DNA from: Octopus vulgaris
Lineage: Eukaryota
Direction: 5' to 3'
Assembly (NCBI GenBank): GCA_951406725.2
Contig: OX597833.1
Span: 63,798,001-63,862,000 of the forward strand
DNA length: 64,000 nt
This document shows positions 42,107 to 55,840 of the stretch, piece after piece (the first letter of the stretch is position 1; each line of letters opens with the position of its first letter). A program made the position numbers and the translations under genes. Under the pieces are notes generated by a model that ran no database searches, was not told the DNA's origin, and saw only the letters and a list, made by a program, of their open reading frames with translations.

Positions 42107-42408
42107 AACATGGCGGTTTCTAGGAGTACCACAAGCCGTGACGCAAAGATTACTACAGTGTTCGATAATGGTCGGTTAAATTAAAAACTTGTAATATGAC
42201 CGATTGATGTCAAGACTTTTCAAAAATACAAAGTTTTTTGGGGATGTTTTTATAAAATTCTTTACGGAAAAACGTATATTGAAATTCATATGAACAGAAA
42301 ACGAAATGGGTGAACTGGGTGTAGTTTTGACGGTTTATGATTTTATTGGTAGACATCAACAAAATGAATAATATACATACATACACACAAACACACACAC
42401 ATACACAT

Positions 42409-42463
<55 letters not shown>

Positions 42464-42472
<9 letters not shown>

Positions 42473-42599
42473 TTATAGAAGGAGCTTCTGCAGGACTAGA
42501 ACTGTTTCATTCAAAAGAAATCATCAGGAAGCTTCCTGATGATTTCATTTGAATGAAACAGTTCTAGTCCTGCAGAAGCTCCTTCTATAAAATAAATTA
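42464..42599. repeat. 136-bp spacer-less palindrome, one mismatch (inverted pLTR-like)
   Basis: Centre aag|ctt at 42531/42532; arms differ only at tcaaaagaaatc vs gatttcatttga. Confidence 0.97.
42530..42580 (+). ncRNA. Type I hammerhead ribozyme motif (mirror copy on minus strand 42483-42533)
   Basis: agcttc-CTGATGA-t ttc attt gaa t-GAAA-cag ttctagtc ctg-C-A-gaagct: 6-bp stem I, intact CUGAUGA and GAAA, 3-bp stem II, stem III cag/ctg; U16.1 is C. Confidence 0.7.
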
Positions 42600-42812
42600 C
42601 TTTACTCTGCTATGTATTGAGTACCTTATTTACTGTGGTTAACCCCGACTCAACCCGGGACCTACATATATATATACATACATACATATATATATGATAC
42701 AAATGAATAATATATGGATGTGTATAAATATATATATACTCACATATATATACATATATATATATATTTATATATATGTGTTACAAATGGATAATATATA
42801 CCTCTGTATATT

Positions 42813-42879
<67 letters not shown>

Positions 42880-42934
42880 GTATATGCATATTGTTTCATT
42901 GTCTTTTGGTCTTCTTTTATTTGTTCCAAACATC

Positions 42935-43297
42935 TTCCCTGCGGCCATACTGGAACACCTCCTGGAAGGGCTTTCGCCGAACAAACTGGCACTGGGACTT
43001 ATTTCTTAAGCCTAGTACTTATTCTATCGATTCTGTTTTACCGAACCGCTATGTTACGGGGATGTAAACGCACCTGCACCGGTCGCCAAACGGTGAGAGG
43101 ATGAGAAGCACAGGCTGAAAGGCACACACACACATACACACGCACACGCACACATACACAAGGGGCTTTTTGCAGATTCCGTCTCCCAAATCTACTCACA
43201 AAGATTTGGTCGACCCGGCGCTATAGGAGAGGAAATGTGGCTTAGGTACTACGCAGTGGGGCTGAACCCGGAAGCATGTGGTTGGTAAGCAAGCTTC
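42935..43297 (-). mobile_element. SINE family A, diverged
   Basis: ctgcggccatactggaacacc...gcctagtacttattctatcg...gaacccggaagcatgtggttggtaagcaagct. Confidence 0.8.
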
Positions 43298-43530
43298 TTA
43301 TTTCTTTATTGCCCACAAATTGCTAAACATAGATGGGACAAACAAGGACAGACAAAGGGGTTAAGTCGATTACATCGACCCCAGTGCGTAACTGGTACTG
43401 AATTCATCGACCCCGAAAGGATGAAAGGCAAAGTAGACCTCGGCGGAATTTGAACTCAGAACGTAACGGCAAACGAATTACCGCTAAGCATTTCGCTCGG
43501 CGTGCTAACGTTTCTGCCAGCTCGCCGCCT
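43298..43530 (-). mobile_element. SINE family B, full length
   Basis: tatttctttattgcccac...ctgccagctcgccgcctt. Confidence 0.92.
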
Positions 43531-43916
43531 TGACTTCACAAATATATTAGTGTAAACTATAAATGCCGGGTGTATGACTCGAACTCCCGACCACATTCGT
43601 GGACAAGAATAACACCTTACTGATATTAAGTTACAACGACTTGGTCCTAGTGCTTTAAACTGCGCAGCCATCTTGAAGATTGCTTCAGGCATTAAATGTT
43701 AAAAAACACCAGCACTCCTATAGTGTTTTTATGGCGCTTTCTAACAAATGATGTCTTCGAACTAAACGAACGAGAAATAATTTCATAATTTTTCAAGTCA
43801 GAACAGCGTCGGTTTTTGTTTTGCAAAAAATAACTTCAATTCGTTGGTTTTATAGGTGTCATTTAGCATGATTGAGGCTTTTAGATGAAAGAAAAAGGAA
43901 ACATATAGATATATAC

Positions 43917-43985
<69 letters not shown>

Positions 43986-43998
43986 GATAGATAGATAT

Positions 43999-44038
<40 letters not shown>

Positions 44039-44165
44039 AGATAGATAGATAGATAGATACAGAGACTCGAAGAGATAACTGGATAGCGGGATAGACAGAT
44101 GGATAGATAGACAGATAGATAGATAGATAGATAGATATCGATAGATAGATAGATAGATAGATAGG

Positions 44166-44200
<35 letters not shown>

Positions 44201-44388
44201 GTGGATAGAGAGAAAGAAGGAGAAGGAAAGAAGGAAAGAGAGATACATACTAATTACCGTTAATCAAAGTTTTTTTTTTACACGCTGTAGTACATACGTG
44301 AAGGATGCGATACCGCTATTGTATGTGCATGTATGTATATGTGTGTAAGTGTGTATATATATATATATATATATATAACGTACATATG

Positions 44389-44471
<83 letters not shown>

Positions 44472-44520
44472 CGTGTACGTATATAAACACCCACGCTCGT
44501 ACACACGTACACAGACACAC

Positions 44521-44555
<35 letters not shown>

Positions 44556-44588
44556 TAAATATTTACATATGTGCATATATTCATATAT

Positions 44589-44639
<51 letters not shown>

Positions 44640-45102
44640 ATACTTGCATAAATACATACATACATACTTGCATTCATACATACATACATACATACATACA
44701 TACATACATACATGCATACTTGTATACATACGTACATATACATACATACCTGTGTGAATGTACATGTTTGTGTGTAAAAACATGGCGGTAAGTTAATTTA
44801 TTCTACGATCGCTTCCGGCTGCTCCAATTACGGTGTCTAATAACACAGTGTCATGTTTAAATTCGCTGATCAATGGTGAGCTTGAAAAATTACTCAACTC
44901 AACTCAATAAGGTTGCAGCGTTCGTTGATTGATAAAACTAATTGGGATGGGTCTGGCAGTCAACTAAATATATTACGACTGTTGTGCAACATATAACTAG
45001 CGAATCAATACGCAAGCAGGCTTTGATTGACGTAATAGGAAATTATATATATGTCTGTCTGTCTGTCTACCTATCTATCTATGTATCTACCTACTTACCT
45101 AC

Positions 45103-45134
<32 letters not shown>

Positions 45135-45241
45135 CTATCGATCGATCTGTCTCTTTGTCTGTCTGTCTGTCTGTCTATTTATCGATCTCCCTCTCTCCCT
45201 CCCTGCTTACCTACCTACCTGCCTACCCACCTGTTTCTCTG

Positions 45242-45319
<78 letters not shown>

Positions 45320-45341
45320 AATCTGGCTTCACAATGTAAAG

Positions 45342-45516
45342 ATGGCCGTTCCACTAGGAATGTGTACCAAAGAAAAATAAAGAACGTTGATCCGATTTCT
45401 CTGGTGGAAAAGTGTATCAGGTGCTGAAATTCATGGGAGGTTTTTAGCTCAAAACGGGGTCAGTTCACTTACCGCCAGAAGGATGTACGAGTGGATCGAG
45501 AAGTTTAAAAGTGGTT
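45342..45516 (+). pseudogene. Mariner transposase N-terminal HTH fragment
   Basis: [38 protein letters not shown]...RMYEWIEKFKSG. Confidence 0.75.
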
Positions 45517-45689
45517 CAAACTTCGATCACGTGACTACAAAAGCACCAACTGTACGCACGCATGCGCAGAAGGCGTGTGTGACTAATAAATATATGTTAC
45601 GGCGAAAGTGCGGATAATTTTTGACTTCCTCTTGTATGTATGTATGTACGTACGAGTGCTATTGGTAACATGTAATCCAGTACAACCTG

Positions 45690-46196
45690 TAGCATGGTCG
45701 GGTCGTCGTCGACTAAACCAACAACTCCACCAAGCTTGCTTGGTGAGGAGGGTGTTTATTGGACACCCTGCACGATGAAAAACAAAACCCGTCAAAGGGT
45801 GGAGGAACTCTTGAGAGTCAACGGCCATCCAATAAATGTCTTAAGGCCGTATCGTGCGCGGGGACATAGAAATAATTGGACTGAATACCCGATCGAGCGG
45901 TTAAACCATTGGGAGTGAAGGACTCCTAGCCTTTGTTAGGGCATCCTTCTAGGAGAAGGTTACTCAGGTAACTGGGATAACTCCGACATAAAACCTGCGG
46001 CTCAGTGGTTACCGATGATGTTGACTTGTTCTTCTTTTCGGATTATGGCTGCTGTTGCTTAGTGAGTGAGATTGACTCAGTGCACAGCCTTTCCTCACTT
46101 TGAAAAAAGTCTTCTTGCACAGGCATTGCACGATGACAACTTTGATTAAGCTTCGCACAATTGCCATACTCGATAACGAGGGGGCAGCCACCACCA
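45690..46196 (+). mobile_element. Probable RTE-derived non-autonomous element
   Basis: GC-richer block; gcatccttctaggagaaggttactc...ataaaacc resembles RTE 5' UTR motifs as I recall them; no coding signal. Confidence 0.4.
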
Positions 46197-46428
46197 TATA
46201 TATATATTCCCAATTTCTATTCCTGTATGTTATATATTTTTAATAATTACTGGTATCTTTATATATTATATATGTAAAGCATAAATTGTTATACATGTCT
46301 GTATATTGTTATAATTGTTATTTTAGTAAATAAATATATAAACTGACATAATCTCAAAAGTTGATGAATACCACCTATTGGTCCCCTCCATTTTCTTATT
46401 GCTCTCCGTCTCTCTGTCTCTGTCTGTG

Positions 46429-46481
<53 letters not shown>

Positions 46482-46633
46482 GTATATATATATATATATA
46501 TATATATGACTATTTATTTGACGTTGAAATTTAAATGAAAGATGTCTTTGTCCGTCGATTAGACTCTGGTTCTTAATCTCTATGGTTGAGGCGCTTTAAA
46601 ACCAAAACCAGTAAGAGGAACACATGTCCACAT

Positions 46634-46685
<52 letters not shown>

Positions 46686-46864
46686 ACGTACACACACACA
46701 TTCATACACATGCATACAAACGTTCATACACGCATACTCACGTAGACAGCCACAAACAGCACTTACATACACAGATAAATACATGGCTGAGAGAGCGCAC
46801 GTATATTTGCACGTGCATATGTATACCTCTGCATATATGAGTATGTGTGTATATATGTGTGAGT

Positions 46865-46915
<51 letters not shown>

Positions 46916-47452
46916 CGAGGGAACTTTAGCCTCGGCATATGTACATCACTTCCGACATGTCCTCCCCTGTTATCTTATAAATACTTGTTATTCTGAGCTG
47001 CAGTTGGTTTCTAATTAAATTAAATGCACATTAAAAGCACATTTCTGCACAATTTGCAAAGCCACAGGATGCACCCAGAGCACGCACATACACGCACACT
47101 CATACACGCACACATACAAATACACACATAGGCGTACACACGGACACACTTTTTATCTATGCAATAAAGCAAGCAAGTCAATAAGGAAATACGCATGTGC
47201 TTAGGCGTCTTGCTAGAAATAGCAATAAAATGTCCCTCCGATTACAGTATGCACTCTTAAAAGCAATATATTGAATAGTGCTATATTTTATATACTTAAA
47301 GGAAGGAAGTTCATGGATGGAGCGCCTTTGTTCATTAGAAATGATATTGGGGACAACAGTATTAACTGAAAGGCAGGAACCCTGATGCGTTTTCCTAGAA
47401 ATAACAGCCAATGTCCTAGATCTCCTCGATTTTCTAGAAATGATAGTCAAAT

Positions 47453-47813
47453 AGACGTAGGAGTGGCTGTGCGGTAAGTAGCTTGCTTACCAACCACATG
47501 GTTCCGGGTCCAGTCCTACTGCGTGGCACATTGGGAAAGTGTTTTCTATTATAGCCTCGGGCAAACCAAAGCCTTGTGAGTGGATTTGGTAGACGGAAAC
47601 TGAAAGAAGCCCCTTAACACAGAGGAGACAAACAAGGACGGACAAACGGATTAAGCCGATTATATCGACCCCAGTGCGTAACTGGTACTTATTTAATCGA
47701 CCCCGAAAGGATGAAAGGCAAAGTCGACCTTGGCGGAATTTGAACTCAGAACGTAGCGGCAGACGAAATACCGATAAGCCTTTCGCCCGCCGTGCTATCA
47801 ATTCTGCCAGCTC
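47453..47813. mobile_element. SINE A 5' half (+) fused to SINE B (-)
   Basis: gtaggagtggctgtgcggtaag...gaaagaagcccc to ~47612, then aacacagaggagacaaacaagg...ctgccagctc. Confidence 0.88.
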
Positions 47814-47814
47814 A

Positions 47815-48450
47815 TTACCCAGCTATTATTAGTCATAAGATATCTAATCTTTCCTCTTCTAAGGAAATATTCGATAACGTAAACTACTGCTATGTGAACT
47901 CCCTGACTAGGAAGTCCTTGAAACTGAAGATAGCTTGTATTTCTACTGTAAAAGGAGCTAATCCTAAAAATAAACATAGGAGGATTATATGGTTTCCCGC
48001 TGCCCTCTCTCCCCTTGAATGTTAAGATAAACCTAGAATATTCGTAGTATTGATATGAAAGCATTTCTAGGAATGCCATAGATATAAGGAAGTTTTTCAT
48101 AGAAATTTAGTGTAAGTTTCTTACAGATGCTGCCCGAAAAAGAAAGAGATTATTAAGAGTAAATCATACCAAACTTTTACTCCAAAATGTAACCTTAGAG
48201 AACCAAACACTTGTCCATTCGACCAGGCATGCATGGTTAGCTCAGTGGTATACGAAGCTGGGGTCAACTCAGTTCTAGAAAATAACGGAACTCAAGGCAG
48301 GAAGCATATGGCTCTATGTGAAAGTGACTTCAAAAACATAAGCCGACCACCTTTCTTCCTTCCAGCAATATCTAGGACTTTTATCTTTTACACCTTATGC
48401 AGAATTTATTTCTCTTTCGAATGATGCAGACAATAACTATTTTTATACAA
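47815..48450 (+). mobile_element. Penelope-like element fragment (linker + GIY-YIG), second PLE family, degenerate
   Basis: ISNLSSSKEIFD...RRIIWF..., then CNLREPNTCPFDQACMVSSVVYEAGV...HMALCESDFK, matching RNIIWFNPP...CNCR..CP...C...VVY.A.V...YIG..E..FK. Confidence 0.7.
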
Positions 48451-48475
48451 CTTGAAAAATTCTAATGCTAAATTA

Positions 48476-48681
48476 ATGGCCCAGTGGTTAGGGCAGCAGA
48501 CTCGCGGCTGTAGGACCACGGTTTCAATTCCCAGACCAGGCGTCGTGAGTGTTTATTGAGCGAAAACACCTAAAGCTCCACGAAGCTCCGGCAAGGGCTG
48601 GTGGCGATCCCTGCTGTACTCTAAAAAATGGCGGTGCCCCAGCATGGCCACAGCTCGTGGGCTGAAAGTAGAAAAAAAAAA
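48476..48681 (+). mobile_element. SINE family C head with family A-type tail
   Basis: aatggcccagtggttagggcagc...gagcgaaaacacctaaagctccacg...gctgtactct, then ggcggtgccccagcatggccacagc. Confidence 0.75.
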
Positions 48682-48859
48682 TAATAATAACCGTTTCAAA
48701 TTTACCGGCAAAATTAGTTTAAGGCCATGTAATATATATGCAAAATTTTTTCTGGTAAAAGATATAAATAATTTGTATGGTGTTAGTAACAAAATATTTT
48801 GTAAGAAATAGAACTTTTATCATCAGTCTTAAATTTTTATTTTCGCCAATGTATATATG

Positions 48860-48929
<70 letters not shown>

Positions 48930-48943
48930 CGTATGTGTGTGTA

Positions 48944-48974
<31 letters not shown>

Positions 48975-49109
48975 CTGTGTATTTGTATATAGTTATAAAG
49001 CTAGATATATAGGTGGACAGATAGTTCTTGTGTGTGAGTGTTTACAACTGTGTGAGTATGCATTTACGCTTAACTACACACAGACACACAGACACACAGA
49101 CACTCATAC

Positions 49110-49140
<31 letters not shown>

Positions 49141-49178
49141 TGTATGTATGTATGTATGTATGTATGTATGTATGTATG

Positions 49179-49230
<52 letters not shown>

Positions 49231-49712
49231 TATATAAATTGTGTTTAGGGGTGGTGTTTCTTTTTGCCAAATAAACACACGCAGTATATATCTGTTCTTC
49301 ACTCGTTTAAAACTGTTCTTTTTCCAACTCATGTCCATTGTCCGGAAATCCTCCGTCACACACCTGTGACCTCCTCAGCGATACTTTCCGTCTTCATGTG
49401 TGCTCTTGCTCCACTTACTTCAGAACAAATATGTAAGTTCATGTGTTTATTTGGCCCAAAAATACAACGATCCCGAAATACAACAATATCTGCTTCAACA
49501 CACGGTTTCACAACAGGATTCTTGCTACACAAATTCAGAAACGTGTATGTATATATATATATATATATATATATGTAAATGTAAAAAAATACAAACTGGG
49601 ACAAGTACGTGAAACATTTAGAAGACGATAGAGAAAACACGGACGAGACATTCGAAGCCTTCGATCTTCAGTCAAGAACCGGATCATCTTCGCAATTTCG
49701 GCTGATTAATCT

Positions 49713-49752
<40 letters not shown>

Positions 49753-49759
49753 TATATAA

Positions 49760-49833
49760 TAAATTAATTTTACTCTGCTATGTATTGAGTACCTTATTTA
49801 CTGTGGTTAACCCCGAATCAACCCGGGACCTAC
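49760..49833 (+). repeat. Second copy of the sequence flanking the 42464 palindrome (pLTR 3' end), in (TA)n
   Basis: tttactctgctatgtattgagtaccttatttactgtggttaaccccga(c/a)tcaacccgggacctac at 42601-42665 and 49769-49833. Confidence 0.92.
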
Positions 49834-49855
49834 ATATATATATATATATATATAT

Positions 49856-50021
49856 ACAACTAGCTTCTTTCAGTTTCCGTCCACCAAATCCACTCACAAG
49901 GCTTTGGTCAGGTTGAGGCTATAGTAGACGATACTTGCCCAAAGTGTCACACAGTGGGATTGAACCCAGAACCATGTGGTTGGGAAGCAAGCTGCTTACC
50001 ACACAGCCACTCCTGCGCCTA
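49856..50021 (-). mobile_element. SINE family A 5' half
   Basis: gcttctttcagtttccgtc...cacacagccactcctgcgcct. Confidence 0.9.
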
Positions 50022-50025
50022 TACA

Positions 50026-50074
<49 letters not shown>

Positions 50075-50682
50075 GGTGTGTGTGTATGCGCAATGTGGCC
50101 TGATGGTAAAGAAGCTCGAGTCGCTATCATTCGTAGTCACGTGAGTTCAGGTGGAATGCCACTGCGTACGTGACCTGCTGCCTTCTAAGTGGAAACTGTA
50201 AGGAATCCTCTAATTAAAACATCCACCGTTTTCATACAATGTGACATGCCGAATCTACATATATTCCACATGAAAAAAGAACTCTTGTCAGCAGAACATT
50301 CAAAACCACATGACTCGCTTTTTTTCCACCGCATTCCAAATTAGCAGTTCATTGAAATCGAACAATTGTACATTTTGTATTACTCATCGCCGAAACCGAC
50401 GCAGATCCGCGTATTTGTATTTATATAGTTATATCTATGTTTGTATACATGCGTACGTTGTGCGTGATGGAATACAAAGCAAGCAACAGTGCAGATCGCT
50501 TACAGCGTTAAGTCAGATAGCTGCATGATACGACTATACGCCAGATATATTGTGTAGGCTGAATAGAGACAAACATACGTCGATTTCTATACACACTTCC
50601 TCGTAACCTGCGCCAGACTCTATGACAATACATCTGCCATACAAGCGCAAATGCATCCTATGCATGTATGTATATGCATATA

Positions 50683-50767
<85 letters not shown>

Positions 50768-50974
50768 ACATATAAATATATATATTTATATATATATGTT
50801 TATGTATACAATTTATGTAAGTGTATTCATATGTTTGTGTATATATGATATATATATGTATATATATATATGTATGTATGTATATATATCAGTGGAAATG
50901 AATGCTTGTTAAGTGTGACTCCAGATAAGAGGGGAAGAACAAGAAAGACAGAGAGAACAAGGGAGCGAGAGAGA

Positions 50975-51024
<50 letters not shown>

Positions 51025-51118
51025 CAGAGTGACAATCTGAAAGAGAGACAAAGCAACGTTTACATGGATACTGTGATAATATATATCTGAATCTATATCT
51101 GTCTATCTGTATATACGA

Positions 51119-51181
<63 letters not shown>

Positions 51182-51218
51182 TATATGTACATATATGCAT
51201 ACACACACACATTCATGT

Positions 51219-51257
<39 letters not shown>

Positions 51258-51425
51258 CATACATACATATATATATATATATACATATATATGTACATAT
51301 GTGCATACACACACACATTCATATACATATTGTCATGTATATATGCATATACACACGCGTATATTTATCCCTATATACGTACCACCCATCAAAAATATAC
51401 ATATACATACATGCACATATATATA

Positions 51426-51480
<55 letters not shown>

Positions 51481-51582
51481 ATGTATTTATAAAAGACAAG
51501 CAGAGAGAAAGAGAGAAATAGCGAGGGAGAGAGAGATAGAAGGAGAGAGACAAGACGACGTGTGTATGTATGTGTGTATATG

Positions 51583-51631
<49 letters not shown>

Positions 51632-51943
51632 TATCAGCAAATGTTATCATTGATTGAACGTCGAAGAATTCCGGGGACCAAAGCTGTAGAAGCGTGTGTC
51701 ATTTCGAAATACGAGTTGACGTGGGCGTTAGAACTGGAAATACCATTCCTGCTGCTTAGTTGGAATAGGTCGGAATTGAAAGAAATAAAATATCAGCATA
51801 GCGCAGCGAGATAGAATCACAGAGTGAGAGTTTGTTTGCAAAGCTTCGTATAAATTCTGCGAAACAGACTGCGAACAGAAAATGGCAACGTTCGCTAGTC
51901 ACGTTGTTGGTTGTCTAACGCAAATGAGACGGAAGTAACTGTT

Positions 51944-51945
<2 letters not shown>

Positions 51946-51981
<36 letters not shown>

Positions 51982-52589
51982 TGTGTATTTAGGCAAGCAT
52001 ATGTATGTATGAATGTATGTATGTATGTATGTATGTATGTATGTATGTATGTATGTATTTATGTAAGTATGTATGTATGTATGTATGTATGTATGTATGT
52101 ATGTATGTATGTATGTATGTATGTATGTATGTATGTATGTATGTATGTATGTATTTATGTAAGTATGTATGTATGTATGTATGTATGTATGTATGTATGT
52201 ATGTATGTATGTATGTATGTATGTATGTATGTATGTATGTATTTATGTAAGTATGTATGTATGTATGTATGTATGTATGTATGAATGTATGTATGTATGT
52301 ATGTATGTATGTATGTATGTATGTATGTATGTATGTATGTGTGTGTGTGTGAGTGTGCGTGTGTGCGTATATGTATATATGTGTGCCTGTATGTATGTAT
52401 GTGTTTATGTATGCATGTATGTATGTGTGTTTCTGTGTGTGCGTATGTATGAATGTATGTATGTATGTATGTGTATATGTTTTTGTGAGTGTGCGTGCGT
52501 GTGTATGCATGTGGGTATGTATGAATGTATGTATGTCTGTGTGTTTGTGAGTATGTGTGTATGCATGTGTGTATATATTCATGTATGTG

Positions 52590-52652
<63 letters not shown>

Positions 52653-53100
52653 GTGTGTTTGTATGTGTATATTTGTGTATGTATACATGTATGAATTTAT
52701 CTATGTATGTATATATATATATATATATGTATGTTGGTGTGTTTGGTGAGTGTGTGTGTATTTATGCATATATGTGTGTGTGTTTTTGTGTGTATGTATG
52801 TGCATATGTATGCATGTATCTATCTATGTATGTGATTACGTAGGTGTGTTTAGCCGTGTATGTACGTGCGTATATATGTGTACGTATGCATATACATGTG
52901 TGTGTGCATGTTTGGGTGTGTGTAGATATGAGTGCGCGTGTGCGTATGTGCGTGTATGTACCTGTGCACTGGTGTATATAGTACATAATGTGTACTTTGT
53001 GCATGTATATATGAACGCATATACAAATGTAAGTGTGCACGTATGCAAGTATGTGCGTTTATATGTATGTCCACTCAATTATTTATACACGAATGTACGT
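51946..53100. repeat. (TG)n/(TATG)n compound microsatellite
   Basis: Direct reading; variant atttatgtaagt recurs three times. Confidence 0.95.
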
Positions 53101-53142
53101 CCGTTTGAATGCATATATACATCATTATAGGTATGTGTGTAT

Positions 53143-53482
53143 GTCATTATTCAGTTTATTTCAAGATGTCTTGCCAATAGAGAAAGAACCGGTTTCTAAC
53201 CTACATCCAAGGTTCCTTCACTGGAATTTCAACATCAACAACAGGGTATTTTTGTTTGTATATATGTATAAATGTATGTATATGTGCAGATTTGTATGTA
53301 TGTCTTCTCATGCATGTAGTTGCATATCTAGGCATGCTAATATATATTTTAAATGATAAACTTCTGGAAAGTTTTACACATTTTTACAGTTCCAGTGATT
53401 GATTGGATCTGTAGTCTTCGAATTAGCTTTCTCCTTTCTGGTTTTGGAAAGCCTAATTTCTCCAGTTCGGTATTTAGACAGT
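53143..53482 (-). mobile_element. RLE-type non-LTR retrotransposon 3' end, (TACA)n-associated family
   Basis: HCLNTELEKLGFPKPERRKLIRRLQIQSITGTVKMCKTFQKFII* plus UTR homologous to 8322-9600; tacatac at both junctions. Confidence 0.75.
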
Positions 53483-53498
53483 GTATGTATTTACGTAC

Positions 53499-53560
<62 letters not shown>

Positions 53561-53710
53561 CTGTGTCTGTGTGTATATGCATTATACATTTGTACAAATA
53601 TGTGCATTAGGTCAAATATACCAAATGCTTGTTTGTTAAAATATTTGGTTGTTTGTCAAGTCCTACTTTGAATAGAGCGGAGGCGAAAGCGTGTGTGTGA
53701 GAGATAGAAA

Positions 53711-53748
<38 letters not shown>

Positions 53749-54377
53749 TGGAGGGAGAGAGAGAGAGAGAGAAAGAGAGAATAAAACAGAGATACAGAGA
53801 GAAAATACCGATATTTTCCACTGAGATTTTGCAAAGTTAGGTTTATGATCAATTAGAATTCTATTATTCTGATATCGTTTCGAAAAATAATAACATACAT
53901 TTCAATATAAATTTACAAATACGATACTGTTTTATTTAATTTTAAGATAATAGTTATGTTTGTTTTGTTTTTTTTTCTTGTTTTCTTTGCGAAATTTAGC
54001 TTTCATTTCATCACATTTTTTTACGCACCATGAAATTCGTTTATGTTAAATCATAATTATTCAAAGTATGCCGTATTTCCTGCGATTCTGCCAGCTCGCC
54101 GCCTTACATATACTCAAATATAGTATAATACAACTTAATGTAATGATAAAGACACTCGGAGCCAACGTGAATTGCATACATTTCCGAGAGTTCTGCTATC
54201 TTCTCGCGATAAACGAAGTCGTATGCACATCGCAGCTTTTGTCTTCGATTCCTCGGGAATGCTCTGAAAGATACACGTACACTGGAATGGTTTCTTTCAA
54301 TCGCTTCTCCAAAACTCATGCCAAAATGCCAGTTCATTCCTGCAACTTATCTACAGAAGAAGAGGTAACACGCGTTT

Positions 54378-54720
54378 TCATCATCATGATCATCATGATC
54401 ATCATCATCATCATCATCATCATCATCTTCTTCTTCTTCTTCTTCTTCTTCTTCTTCTTCTTCTTCTTCTTCTTCTTCTTCTTCTTCTTCTTCTTCTTCT
54501 TCTTCTTCTTCTTCTTCTCCTCCTTTTCTTCTTCTTCTTCTTCTTCTTCTTCTTCTTCTTCTTCTTCTTCTTCTTCTCTTCTCCTTCTCCTTCTTCTTTC
54601 CCTTCTTCTTTCCCTTCTTCTTCTTCTTCTCCTCCCTTTTCTTCTTCTTCTTCTTCTTCTTCTTCTTCTTCTTCTTCTTCTTCTCCTCCTTCTTCTCCTT
54701 CTTCTTTTCCTTCTTCCTCT
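54378..54720. repeat. (ATC)n-(TTC)n microsatellite
   Basis: Direct reading. Confidence 0.97.
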
Positions 54721-54883
54721 TAAGACAGCGATCCGGCTGAATCACTCGCAAACCGGACAAAATGCTCAGTGTCAAGTTGTCCGTCTCTACTCTTTCGCGT
54801 TCAATCTCGGCTGAGATCGACTTTGTCTTTCGTTCTGTTGCGATCGACAAAGTCAGTATCATCAGAGTACAAGGGTCAATATA

Positions 54884-55115
54884 TATTTCTTTACTACCCA
54901 CAAGAGGCTAAACACAGAGGAGACAAACAAGGACAGACAAATGGATTAAGTCGATTACATCGACCCCAGTGAGGAACTGGAACTTAAGTTATCGACCCCG
55001 AAAGGATGAAAGGCAAAGTCGACCTCGGCAGAATTTGAACTCGGAACGTAACGGCAGACGAAATAGGGCTACGCATTTCGCCCGGCGTGCTAACGTTTCT
55101 GCCAGCTCGCCGCCT
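54884..55115 (-). mobile_element. SINE family B, full length, 16-bp TSD, nested in an older plus-strand copy
   Basis: TSD tacaagggtcaatata at 54868-54883 and 55116-55131; old copy from ~54722 (gagatcgactttgtctttcgttc). Confidence 0.92.
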
Positions 55116-55352
55116 TACAAGGGTCAATATAATTAAGTAGATCCTCCCCAGTCATGAACCAAAATCTGAAACCACTGATATCTTTCCAAATACAAACTCA
55201 CCAAACCATTCCACAACCATTATATTTCCAAAACTATTCCTTAATACATATCTTAGAATAGCTTTAGTTCAGAACAACGCCATTCTTCAGCATCTCTCTC
55301 TCCCTCTATTTCTCTCTGTCTCACCCCTGCGTCACACTTTCCCTACCCTTCC

Positions 55353-55518
55353 ATCTGTCTATCTATCTGTCTTTCTATCTGTCTGTCTGTCTATGTATGT
55401 ATGTATGTATGTATGTATGTATGTATGTATGTATGTATGTATGTATGTATGTATGTATGTATCTATTTATCTATCATCTTTCTATCTCTCTATTATCCTT
55501 CTATCTCTCTATCATCCT

Positions 55519-55596
<78 letters not shown>

Positions 55597-55696
55597 ACTC
55601 TATGTATGTATGTATGTATGTATGTATGTATGTATGTATGTATGTATCTATCTATCTATCTATCATCTTTCTATCTCTCTATCATCCTTCTATCTC

Positions 55697-55788
<92 letters not shown>

Positions 55789-55840
55789 CCTACCTACCTA
55801 CCTATCTATCTATCTATCTATCTATCTATCCATCTATCTC
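55353..55840. repeat. (TATG)n/(TCTA)n compound array with ~200-bp duplication
   Basis: tatcatctttctatctctctatyatccttctatctctctatc at ~55472 and ~55661. Confidence 0.9.

Noticed and set aside
42105-42130. YY1/ETS-like promoter motifs (aacatggcgg; also 6488-6505 and 44779-44820)
   Set aside because: Short motifs with no downstream exon or ORF support
53180-53235. Hammerhead-like GTGAAGG...AGAAACCGGTT in the TACA-family 3' UTR
   Set aside because: No stem I register at the putative cleavage site, and the homologue at 9520-9560 does not keep stem III; more likely an ordinary UTR hairpin
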